From: Octopus vulgaris
Taxonomy: Eukaryota
Reading direction: 5' to 3'
Length of the DNA: 64,000 bases
Assembly: GCA_951406725.2 (NCBI GenBank)
Contig: OX597817.1
Location: 63,302,001-63,366,000 of the forward strand
Below are positions 28,101-41,207 of the stretch, in pieces. Position numbers and translations under genes: made by a program. Every line of letters begins with the position of its first letter. Position 1 is the first letter of the stretch. Under the pieces are notes generated by a model. That model did not search any database. It was not told the origin of the DNA and saw only the letters and a list, made by a program, of their open reading frames with translations.

Positions 28101-31100
28101 CTATTTTCTGTTTTTGTGGTTATGATCAACATAATTGATATTTTTATGCACAACTATTTGGCTATTCAGCTGTCTGTTCAAAGGGACTACTTGACAACAG
28201 GAACAGCATTTGCCCATAGTGAGTTTCATAACTCATACCATTATATAAAAGTGGACATGAAATCAAGATTATGATAAATGCATCGAAGAGGATTTTGTAT
28301 CCACTTTAATTCTATGGACTTCAGTTTACTCTTCTACTTGTTTCAGCCATTTGACTGTGGCCATGCTGGAGCATCACCCTTAGTCAAGCAAATCGACCCC
28401 AGGAGTTATTCTTTGTAAGCCTAGTACTTATTCTATCGGTCTCTTTTGCCGAACTGCTAAGTTATGGGGTTGTAAACACACCAGCATCAGTTGTCAAGCA
28501 ATGTTGGGGGGGACAAACACAGATACACAAACATATACACATGCATACATACATACATATCTATACATATATACGACGGGCTTCTTTCAGTTTCCATCTA
28601 CCAAATTCACTCACAAGGCTTCAGTCAGCCCAAGGTGCCACGCAGTGGGACTGAACCCGGAACCATGTGGTTGGTAAGCAAGCTACTTACCACACAGCCA
28701 CTCCTGCACCTATATATTTATTTATGTAACAGAAATAAGAAGCAGTCCTTGGTTTGTATAAATGATCACTGATAGAATACTATCTTAATTTTGGGAAGAT
28801 ATATCCCTTGGCTGCTTAGTGTAGTATAAAACAGTGATGAAACACTAACAGTAGTGATTTCAGTCATTTAATTGAGGCCTTAGCAGGGCACTACCTTCTA
28901 GGATAAAGTTCATAACATTGAATTTGTTGCTTATTTTATTGATTATACTGAGACCTTGATGGAGCACTATCTTCTAGGATGTAGTTGGTAACATTGAAAA
29001 TCAGTAATCATTTTATCAGGTGAAGTGAAAAGCTGATCTGTGTAGAATTTCAAATCAGCACATAAAACAAAACAAAGACAAAAACAAAAACAACATAACT
29101 GAACACCACTTGGTTTCAAATTTTGGCACAAGGACAATAGTTTTGGGGGAGGGGCTAAGTTGATTATATCAATCCCCAGTGTCCAGCTGGTACTTATTTT
29201 ATTAGGTGGTATTATAACTGAGTATCACTTAAATTTACTCTTCACTCATTCAAATAGAATCATTTTTTCTTTTTTTTTATTCCAAAAAAAAAAGCCCCCA
29301 AACTTATACCTAATGTTGTCTTTTGGTCTTTTACAGCCTTCCGACCATCCTGGAGCACACAGTGACTTTGCACGTAACCGTTTGCAATTAGCAGAAAGTC
29401 TGTACTTTAAAACTCTAGAAAGTATTGCTGTGGACGAGAAGAAGAGGTTTTCAGCTAAAGACGGCAACAAAGATCTCACAGTAATTCTGTTTTTTTTTGT
29501 TTTTTTTTATATAATTTTGTAAAATGTTTCTATTTGGTTTCTTTTTTTTTTGTCTGAATATTTTGGTTATTTTTCCTTTTTTTTCTTCTTGTGTTTGGTT
29601 TGTTTCTGAAAGATTTCAAAATATTGAAATTAATCAAATTCTTTTAAAGATTCATTTATTTGTGCATGTCTGCATGCATGCATGTATATGTGCTTAGCTG
29701 TGTGTTTGTGAGTGTGTCTCTGTGTGTATGTATGTATATGTTTATATATGAATGTGGGCATGTTTGAAGTGTGTGGCTGGTTTAGCTAGTTGATATTTCT
29801 AATTACAAATGTATAATTTTGTCTGAAAAAGGGAACTAAAACCCATAAAGTTAAAAGGGTTATGGGCAAACCTGGAGTGCAAATGATATTGTCCATAAGA
29901 AGAAGATTGCAGGAGAACAAATCGTTACTCTTTCTATACCAAATCCCTTGTAACCACTCTGGATTCTATGATACAAAGATTCTGTTTTAAAGCGATCAAG
30001 ATTAAAAGTTTCATTAAAATTTCATATTAATTTGTGCTCCAAACACTCTTTTACTTCAGAAATCAGACATATCCACTCAAATTTTCATTACTCTTAATGG
30101 AAGAAAGTAGTTTCATATAGCAATTTATCTTTTGTTGAGGAATGTCATGTTTGAAGTTATATTTTGTCAAAATATGTCAAGTTTATTGAGGCAGCAAGAC
30201 TTGCAGAAAGTACCAATACTAGTTTCGGTAGATATTTAACCCTTTAGCGTTCAGATTAATTTGTCAAAAGTAATCCTTATTTATTCACATTTAAAAAAAA
30301 TTATCTGATATTATTTTGTACCTTCAAGATAGGAAAGATGTAATTGCTTATTTTTGGAGTGACATTGCAGGGTATGTGTGAGATGCATGTTCTGACCAGT
30401 TTGAGCAAAAAATGTGTAGAATATTTGGGCCGGATACAGCCGGTTTAAACACTAAAGGGTTAACATCATTACTGGAATAACCATGAAATTTAGTTATGCA
30501 GTTAAAGGGTTAATAACAACTAACTTATGTTATTAAATTCTTCATTATTTTCGAAATTAATTTCAAACAAAGCTCTTGTTTTTCAAACGAAATATGGTAA
30601 CAAAAGGGTTAAAAAGCTGTAATTAACTCTTCCTGTGGGTTTGGAGAAGTCATTTTAATGTTCTGCTTCATCTCAGTTCACCAGTCATTGAGTTCTCAGC
30701 ATTTGAACTGCAGTCTCTGGTGCTGGTCATAGGTTTGTACGTGATGGCTGGTGTGTGCAATAGCAGTCAGTTCAACATCAAAATTCCTCATACTCTTATT
30801 TATTACCTCCACCACCATCACCACAGCCACCAATTAAATGCAGAATGGGCCAATAGTCATGAAGTCTGATGCATACCGCAATCTGTGGCATAATTTGATG
30901 GCTTCTGCTGGTACACCAATTGCACTTTTACACTTTGTGACTTTTTGGCTAATCTTGTAATTTGCCTTAGTATATGAAAGATTTATACCATTGCTTCTAA
31001 TATAATGTTTATTGATGCAACATTGATAATAAGAATTTTGGCAAGTGGGGTAGAGAACCGCTTTTTTTAAATTTAATTATATTTTTTGCTTGTTTTGTTG

Positions 31101-34100
31101 CAGTGCCTAGTTGTTGAAAACTTCTGATTTCTTCTGTTTCATTATATTTCATTGCTTCTTTTTGTTTTGTCTCTTTTGCTTCGTTTTTTTAATTTTTATT
31201 TATTTTTTTTTAAATATGTTTTAGGTTGTTCTGGAACACGATATTTTTCAAAGATCACTATTTGCTTGTTGTCTTGAAATTGTGATATTTTCTTATAATT
31301 CTCAAAGGTAAGTTTTGCGGGCTTTAGAAGTCACCCTTGCTTTCATCATTACCGCTGTCATTATTATAATTACATTGTCTTCTGTTCTGCCCTTTTAGAA
31401 AGGTTACATTTTTCCTCATTGGTAGTCATACTCATTACCAGTATTGCCTTTAATTAATTATAACAGTTATTGATTATAAATACTATTGCCTCCTACTGTA
31501 GAATTCAAGAACCAATGTAGTAGCATGGCCTTCAAGAAATAGCAGTTGAATCTCACCCTTTCATCTTAGGAAAAAAAAGACATTGGATATATTCTAGGAG
31601 GTACTATGTCTGGATAAAATAGGATGCTTGCGGCTTTAGCATCTTTTGATCATAGGCCTGCTTGATCAGGACTGACTTGTTGCTAAATAGCAACTTGTTG
31701 CTAGAATTTTAGACTTGTTACTAAATAGCCACAAGTCTAGAATTCACTCTTACCAAGGGCTACATTATGAAATGTGTCCTTAAGACTCTATGCTGTGATT
31801 TTGAGGGAAATTTTGTCTGCTATTTTTTTGCAAGCTGAATGACCACATACAGGTTATTTCATTGGCTCATTGTCATCATCCTATGTTATGTATTTTATTT
31901 TGTCTTTCATTTCAATGTTTGCATGAAGTATATGAATCTTTGCTACACTTGTCACCATAACTTCAGCTATACAGAGGTGTGGTGTTACCCATCAGGCACT
32001 GTTATTGGTTACTGTAGTGTGACTGAAGTGAAAGTGTTATATATAGATAAAATTAATTTTTAATGTTACGGAGATGTACTTGCATAGCAAGTGATTTGAT
32101 CTGAGATCGTGTGCTGAAACGAAAACAATTGCAGTGTGGAAGGTGTTTGTAAGCCATTTAAGAAACACACAAAAGCCGTTCGATTCACTTCAACATATAA
32201 GTTTAATTTGTCATAATATTTTCGTCACTTTAAGACCGCGACCTGTTCACTGACAAAAATCCGTGCTATGGATTTTTGTAAGTGAACAGGCCGTGGTCTT
32301 AAAGCGACGAAAATATTTTGACAAATTAAACTTAAATGTTGAAGTGAATTGAACGGCTTTTGTGTGTTTCTTAAATGGCTTACAAACACCTTAATTTTTA
32401 ATGCTATTCTTTTAATTTATGTTTTGTTCTTTATGCTCTGATTTTTCTCTAATTCTTCCTTCTCACTACCATCTTAATAATTTTCTCTCAAAATATTACT
32501 CTATGTATTGTCAATTATTCAAAAAGTATTTGTACCACATAAAAATAAAACTCTTAAAGTAATGTCACTGGCTTCATATAACTTTAGCTGTGCTAACTTT
32601 GCTTTAACTGTTATAGTTTTTTGTAGCCTGATGCTTCAAGATATCAACAACTATCTATTATAGACTTACCATTTTCTTAGACCCTTCCCAATTATATCCT
32701 AAATTGCTACTCTATGCTCAAACTAATCTCAATATTTGTTTTCTTCTGTTCATTTTGAGATAGATTCTCACTATCCCACTCATAGTTTGTTTTTATTAAG
32801 CAATCTTAAATATTTTCATGCATCCACCTTTTTATTGTTACTGAGGAGAATTGTGTTAGTAACATCCTGCTTGCATGAACTCACTGCCTTTTAATCTGGA
32901 ACTCTCCATACCACTCACCCTCATGGTGCAGAACATTAGCAATCTCCTTCCTTTCAGCTTCTTGCCTGGTTGAATGTACTTAAGTTATATAATCTTGTCT
33001 AACTTTCTGATATCCTTCCTGATTATTACATTTCTTTTCATTTCTGTTGTATTGCCTTATAGCCTTAGTCACTGCACTATTCCAGTACAGTGATACTTAG
33101 TTGGGGCCTTGGTCCATTCTAAAACTGTTTAATGACTTGCTGCTGCTTGAACCTGGAGTACACCTAGTTGTCTATCAAATACTCACTGTCTAAAAAGACA
33201 TGTCATTAAATGTTGATTGGAAGTTACATCAAATTGTGGAATCACTTAACCTTCTGTTTCTACATGTTATTTATTTTCTTGTAATTATTTGGAAGCTGAT
33301 AATCACTAATCTCTCTTAAAGGAATCATTTCTCACCAGTAAGAGAGTTTCTATTCCCAATCATCTATTTGTTTCTCATGGTAAAAGTTGAGACTGTTGGT
33401 GGTGAGAATGCTTTGTTGATAGCCAAAAGATTTTTCACATTTGATTTATACCCCTTTTTAGCATAACAAGTTAGTACTGTTAATACAATTGTTTTTACAA
33501 AGCAACAGTTTAGTGCATTGCAGAATTATAATGCTAGCCTATTTTTTTATAATAAAGTTTTGGTTTTAGTTGCTGTTTTGACAATCACTAAACTTGTCTG
33601 ATTATTCATTGGTTAGGATGGTCAACCAAACTCCCTAAAGTGCTTGTGGTTAGTTGTATGATATCAACTCAGAATTTCTATTCCAAACACCAACTTAACA
33701 ACAACAGTTTTACTAAATTCTTCATTATTTTCAGAATTAATTGAAGCAAAAGCTGTGTATTTCAGCAGAAATAGGGTAACAAAAGGGTTAAATAAGTGAG
33801 GAACAGATGCAATATGGTTTATATTTTAAAGATGAAATAACCATTCTGTTACTGATATACAACTTTATGAAGATGATTTTCAATGGAGAATCAGATGTAA
33901 TATTTCTTTCCTTGACTCAAATTATGAGTATAAATAATTGTACAAGTTATGAATATAAAATAGGAGGTTGCCTTGCAACCTGGTCAACTCCAATGAAACA
34001 GGTTTATAATCAGACTAGCAGTATCGCCCGGCGTTGCTCAGGTTTGTAAGGGAAATAACTATAAAGCATCTTTAGAGAGTTATACACAAGACAGTAGTAT

Positions 34101-34289
34101 GTTACTTGGGGGAGAGTTTGCTGTTATTTTGAGTAACCAAGCAACCAAATACAAGCTCCCTCATGCAAAGTTATCAAAACTTTCATTCATGTTTTGTAAG
34201 TTTTATCAGAAATTAAAATGTTATCTTTTGGGTTTTGCATGAAGGGAGATAATCTGACATAATCCCACAAAACACTTATGTACTAATTG

Positions 34290-34320
<31 letters not shown>

Positions 34321-34646
34321 AATAAAGGTGGCTTATTTGCAATTTACAACCAAAAGACAGAAGCATGAAAGTGACTAAGGGTACTAGTTAGCACCAGCAT
34401 TGCTAGAAATAAGAGTCAAAGCTACTCTTAGCCACGAGAATGCCCTTATCTTATGACTGAGATGGGAGGCAAGCTCCCTACAGCATCTGAGTAACCAAGC
34501 AACCAAATACAAGCTCCCTCATGCAAAGTTATCAAAACTTTCATTCATGTTTTGTAAGTTTTATCAGAAATTAAAATGTTATCTTTTGGGTTTTGCATGA
34601 AGGGAGATAATCTGACATAATCCCACAAAACACTTATGTACTAATT

Positions 34647-34703
<57 letters not shown>

Positions 34704-36054
34704 AATAAAGGTGGCTTATTTGCAATTTACAACCAAAAGACAGAAGCATGAAAGTGACTAAGGGTACTAGTTAGCACCAGCATTGCTAGAAATAAGAGTC
34801 AAAGCTACTCTTAGCCACGAGAATGCCCTTATCTTATGACTGAGATGGGAGGCAAGCTCCCTACAGCATCTGAGACACAGCCAAATACACTCACACACAC
34901 GTGCTAATATCGAATAATTAAAATGAGCACTCAACACTCCATTGGCAGAAATATATGTATTATTATGTGTGTGTAAAGGCTACTATTGTGTTTCATGTCT
35001 GAAATCTCTTAGCAATTATCAAGCCTCCCACATGGTATGTTGGTACTTGTCTCCATCTTGGAGGTGAGTATCAACATAGCAGAGAGACTTCTTTGCATGG
35101 AACCAAGTGTAGCCCTGTTAACCCACAAATAAAGTATGTTTTCCTAGCCGCATGATTCTGGGTTCAGTCCCACTGTGTGGCACCTTGGGTGTTTTCTGCT
35201 ATAGTCTCGGATCGACCAAAGCCTTGTGAGTGGATTTAGTAGAGGGAAACTGAAAAAAGCCCATCGTAGAAATATATGTATATAATTATGTGTGTGTGTG
35301 TGTGTGTGTGTGTCTTTGTGTCTGTGTTTGTCCCCCCACCACCATCACTGAACAAATCGACCCCAGGACTTATTCTTTGTAAGCCTAGTACTTATTCTAT
35401 TGGTCTCTTTTGCTGAACTGCTACGTTTTGGGGACGTAAACACACCAACATCGGTTAAGTGATGGCAGAGTGAACAAGCACACTCACGCACACACACATA
35501 TACGATGGGCTTCTTTCAGTTTCCATCTACCAAATCCACTCATAAGGCTTTGGTCAACCTGGGTCTATAGCAGAAGACACTTACCCAAGATGCCATGCAG
35601 TGGGACTGAACCTGGAACCATGTAGTTGGGAAGCAAGCTTCTTACCACACAGCCAAAAAATATTACACGCACACACACACACACATACACACAATGCATA
35701 TATATGTATAACTTATATAATTGAAATGGACCTATCAGCTGTTTGAAGAATAGGAGTAAGGGTAAAAAGGGTTAGTGTGAGATGGATACAGCTAAGTAAG
35801 AAGTTAATAAGGAGTGGTAGAGGCTTAATATGTTTACAACAGTGCTTGTTCAGTTAGACACGTTCTGTCTGTGATGCATACGTACATACATCTGTTCTTA
35901 TGCACATGATTTGTCCTCTATGTAACTCTTTCCAACTTGTCTCTTATATACACAATCATTCTGTAACACAAAGAAAACATTGTTTGTTTGTTTGTTTATG
36001 CATATATGTATGTATATGAATACTTGTATACACACACATACATTATATATACAT

Positions 36055-36104
<50 letters not shown>

Positions 36105-39100
36105 CAAAATAAGCAACAAGAATAACTTTGGTAACTACACCATTTTATTAAATGTTGTAAGTATTACAACAGTTTTAAAATGCTGAGCACTCATCAGCCA
36201 TTGATGGAGGTTGGCGATTTTTTTTCCTCCATCTTTCCTTCCTTGGATCTTTCCTTTTTCTATGTTTCTGGCGAAGAGCTCCGCTTGAAATGTTAAACCT
36301 CCTTCTTTCTTTCCTTTCCTGGTACTTGAGTTAGCATAGTAGACTGGAACAATGTGAAATGAAGTGCTTTGCTCCACAACGCAACAGTATCACCCAGTCC
36401 AGGAATTGAACCCACAACCTTATTATCATGCATCCAACACCCTAACTACATGGCCACATTATATATGTATATATAACTTTCTAGTTTAAAGTAGCCTCAA
36501 TCATTTGGATTCTGGAAATCATTTGTTTACATGCATCTTTGAAATCTTGAAAATACTGAAGTCAGTATATTTGTTTTGTGTCTTAGGACATTCCCATGGA
36601 TTGCTGAAATCTTTGAGTTGAGTCCTTGTCATTTCTATCGAGTAATTGAAATGGTAATCAGGGCTGAAGAAGGTCTTTCTCGTGATGTGGTGAAACATTT
36701 GAATCTCGTGAGTATCCTTGTCGACTGTGTTTACACTGTTTCTTTTTCTTTCATCATCATCGTCCGCTTTCCATGCTAGCATGGGTTGGACGATTTGACT
36801 GAGGTCTGGCGAACCAGATAGCTGCACCAGACTCCAATCTGATCTGGCAGAGTTTCTAGAGCTGGATGCCCTTCCTAACACCAACCACTCCGAGAGTGTA
36901 GTGGGTGCTTTTACGTGGCACCGGTATGAGGACCAGTCAGGCGGTACTGGCAACGGCCATGCTCAAAAGGTGCTTTTTATGTGCTACCTGCGCAGGAGCC
37001 AGTCCAGTGGCACTGGCAACAACCTCACTTGAATGTTTTTTCACGTGCTAGTAAGGCGACGCAGGCAACGATCACGCTCGAATGGTGTTTTTAATGTGCC
37101 ATCGGCCTGGAGGCCAGCTTGTTGCTCTGGCAACAATCTCACTCATATGGTACTCTTAGCACTCCATTAGCATGGATGCCAGTAGTAATTTCTTCACTGT
37201 TATTTCCTTGCATTTAATGTATTAACACAAATTTATTTTCATTTTATGTTTAAACTTCATGAAACGTCTATAGGTTATTCTAGTTGTTTCCCTTTCTTTT
37301 TTTAAATATAAAAAAATACTTGGACGATTCAAATTGTTTGGAATTGTGGACTTCACACAAGAAAAGTAATTAAGGTGATTGTTTCATTCTGCAGGTTAAT
37401 GGATTAAGATGATGAATAAGAAACTTCCTTTTTAATTAAATTATTTCTGTGATTAAGTATATTTTGTGTTATCTCACCTTTTTGCTGTAAATTTTCTTTT
37501 TTTTTTTTCAATTTTTCAGATCGAAGAATCTATTCTGGAAAGTTATGCTTGGAAAAGCACATCTCCTCTTTGGGATGCTATTCGTGAGCAGGAGAGCATA
37601 CCAACTTGTGAAGAGGTAACTTACTTTCTACTCATAAAGGAAACCAGATTCCTCTTTTTGGTTACCTGTCTTTTTCTGTCTGTCTCTCTCACATACAAAG
37701 AATAAAGACTATGCAGATGAAAACAAGTGTTTACTGTTTATAGTCTTTGTAGATGTTTATACAGATGCTGGTGTATGGCAGGAGTCAAAAACACTCCCTC
37801 GCTTGCAGATGAAATTTCACTGCTATCAATTTTGTGATCACCCACAGATGGAGTTTCTAAAATATATACATAAATACATTTTGACTTTTAAGACTAAAAC
37901 AGTAATTTAATTTGCATACTTATAAAATTGTAAAGTTAAGGATTATTTTTCCCCATCTTCACATAAATACACTTTCACAGGTGTATATGCAATTTCAGTT
38001 CATCTTTGCTGCTGAAAAAGTCCTTCAACACTGTATTTATGTTGTTAGATTTGGTGTCATTGATTTTTTTCTTCTCTACTGGCATCAATTTTTGTCTCAT
38101 TCTATTGAGTTTTATAAAATTAGCATCAGTGAAAGAAATCTTAATATTTTAAAGTCATAAGAATAGCGTTTTTGGTAATTATAGTAGTTTTTGTGTTTCA
38201 ACCCTTTAATATTCAGATTACTCTATTAAATGTAATGCTTATTTAATCATACTGTTTTCAATTAATCATTCATTATCTTGTAGCTTTGAGATTTTGAAGA
38301 TGTGATTGCTTATTTTTAGAATGACTTTGTAAGATAGGTGTGAGGGGCTGGATCAGGCTGGCATGAACATAAAACATGTAAAATATCTGGGCTGGATATG
38401 ACCACTTTAAATTCTACTGGGTTAATTAAAATTTTTTTTATGTATGGGGCTATAATAGAAGACACTTGCCCGAAGGTACCTTGCAGTAGGACTGAACCTG
38501 AAACTACATGGTTGGAAACAAGCTTCATAACCACACAGCTGCATGTATGCCAATTCTGATTATTTTTGAAATTAATTGAAATATGATGTTTATTAATTAT
38601 GGTTTCTCCTTTGCAGGTATCTCTACCTTCTCAGCTTGAAACAATGACTGCTTCTCCTCCACTTCACCCTGGTATCCGGCGGTTAGTTGATGAAGGGAAA
38701 AGTACTTGTGAGTAAATATATATATACTTATTACAATTGCTGCTACTTCTATCATTATAAATAACCAATTATTATTATAGGAAGCTGGCAGAATCATTAG
38801 CACACTGGACAAAATGCATAGTGCTATTTTGTCTGTTTTTATGATCTGTGTTCAAATTCTGCCATGGTTGGCTAAGCCTTTCATCCTTTTGTGGTACCAG
38901 TTGAGCACTGCGGTCGATGTAATTGGCTTAGCCTCTCCCTTGAACTTACTGGCCTTGTGCCAAAATTTGAAGCCATTATAATAATAATAATAATAATCCT
39001 TTTGCTATAGGCACAAGGCCTGGATTTTGTGGGGAGGGGGATAGTCGATCACATTAACCCCATTACTCAGCTGGTACTTAATTTATTGACCCTGAAAGGA

Positions 39101-41156
39101 TGAAAGGCAAAGTTGACCTCAGCAGAATTTGAACTCAGAATGTAGCGATGGGCGAAATACTGCTAAGCATTTCATCCGGTGCACTATAATAATAATAATG
39201 ATACTTGTTGTTTTATTCCTCATCATACATCTGTTTTCCCATGCTGATGGAATTAATTGTTTGTTGGTGGTTTCTCAATTGTTAGTGTATTAAACAAAAG
39301 CCTAGCAGGTTTTCTTTCAGCTCTTTATATTCTGAGTTCAAATTTGCTTCACCACATATCGAAAATTTAGAAACGGCAGTCAAAACTACTAATTCTTCTA
39401 CTACAATATATCTCCACAGACAGTAGTAATACTCGTAACTCACATAGGCAAAAAGAAGAAAAAAATAACGAAGCTAACCAGTCCTTTGTTAATCATGTAC
39501 GCGTTTCGGGATTAGAATTGTAAAATTCATTTCCTTCGTCAGCATGATATTCAAGATTATAAATTTGAAAATGCTAACTTAATTCATGCACGTTCGATCA
39601 AACGACATTGAACATGACATAAGATAAACAGCATTTCCGAATTTATACAAATGAGTAATTAAATACAATGATATCATCATCATCATCGTTTAGCGTCCGT
39701 TTTCCATGCTGGCATCGGTTGGACGGTGTAACTGGGGTCTGGGAAGCCAGAAGGCTGCACCAGGCCCAGTCTGATCTGGCAATGTTTCTACGGCTGGATG
39801 CCCTTCCTAACGCCAACCACTCCATGAGTGTAGTGGGTGCTTTTTACGTGCCAGATGAGGCTGGCAAACAGCCACGATCGGATGGTGCTTTTTACGTGCC
39901 ACCGGCACGGAGGCCAGGCGAGGCTGGCAAACGGCCACGATCGGATGGTGCTATTTGTACATGGGTGTGTGTGTTTATGTGTGCCCTTGTTTGGACATGT
40001 GATGAATTGTTAAATGAGCATCCCAGCCATACAGATATTGTTCTTTCCCTGTCTTCCAGTGGGGAAATATTCCCTACTTTGGAAGCAGGTGAGGAGTGGT
40101 GACAAAAAGGGTGTCCGACCGATTATAGAAAATTTGCCTCAACAAATTCTGTCTGATCCATGCCAGTATGAAACAGTGGACATTAAAACAAACAATGTTT
40201 ATGAACCATCTTTTTTTTTTTTTTTTTCTCTTCCTGAACCAGATTATCAGCAATCACCAAGTACTTCCATCAGTGGACGGTTTGGTTCACCTAACCCTGG
40301 AACTGCTCGCAGGAAACTTTTCAGCACGGAAACACCATCAGCAGCACAAGTAACAAATGTGTTGACGGAGTCTGTGTCATCAGGTACTGAGGCACAGCAA
40401 ATAACAGTAGGTGCCACTGGTACAAATACCGATCTGACAAATGCCTCTGCTAATACTATTGTAGCCAGTAACAATGAGAATGCTGCCCCATCTTCGCAAA
40501 CTCGTATAATTACTTTACAACATGGTCAACAGGTAATTACATTTTTGTTTCTCTTTCCTTGTATTACATCAGTTAACCTTTTTGATACTAACTCACCTGA
40601 GACTGTTCCTTGGTATATGATACAAACCCCCTGTTTTGTGGCTGTGTGGTAAGAAGCTTGCTTTCCAACCACATGGTTCTGGGTTCAGTTCCACAGCGTG
40701 GAATCTTGGACAAGTGTCTTCTGTTATAGCCTCAGACTGACCAAAGCCTTGTGAGTGGATTTGATAGATGGAAACTGAAAGAAGCCTGTATATGTATAAT
40801 TATGGGTTTAGCAACAAGTTGCTTCACCACATACCGAAAATTTAGAAATAGCAGCCAAATATGACTCCACAGACAACAATATTTGTAACTCACATAGGCA
40901 AAAAGAAGAAAAAAATAAATCAAACAGTCTACGATTAATTATTAATTAATTAATTTTCGGTATGTGGTGAAGCAACTTGTTGCTAAACCCTTAATTATAT
41001 TTATAATTTTATAAAAAAAAACTTTTTGTACAAGTTTTTACCGATAAAGGTTTTATTCCATACCAAAACTACTTGGTAAAATTTATTAATTGTTAAATTA
41101 ATAATTCTTTACCCTATATCTGTATATATATATATATCTGTATATATATATATATA

Positions 41157-41207
<51 letters not shown>

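Noticed and set aside
40014-40652. 212-aa single-exon ORF
   Set aside because: Only 40243-40532 is bounded by splice sites and RB-like; the flanks are repeat-derived intron sequence.
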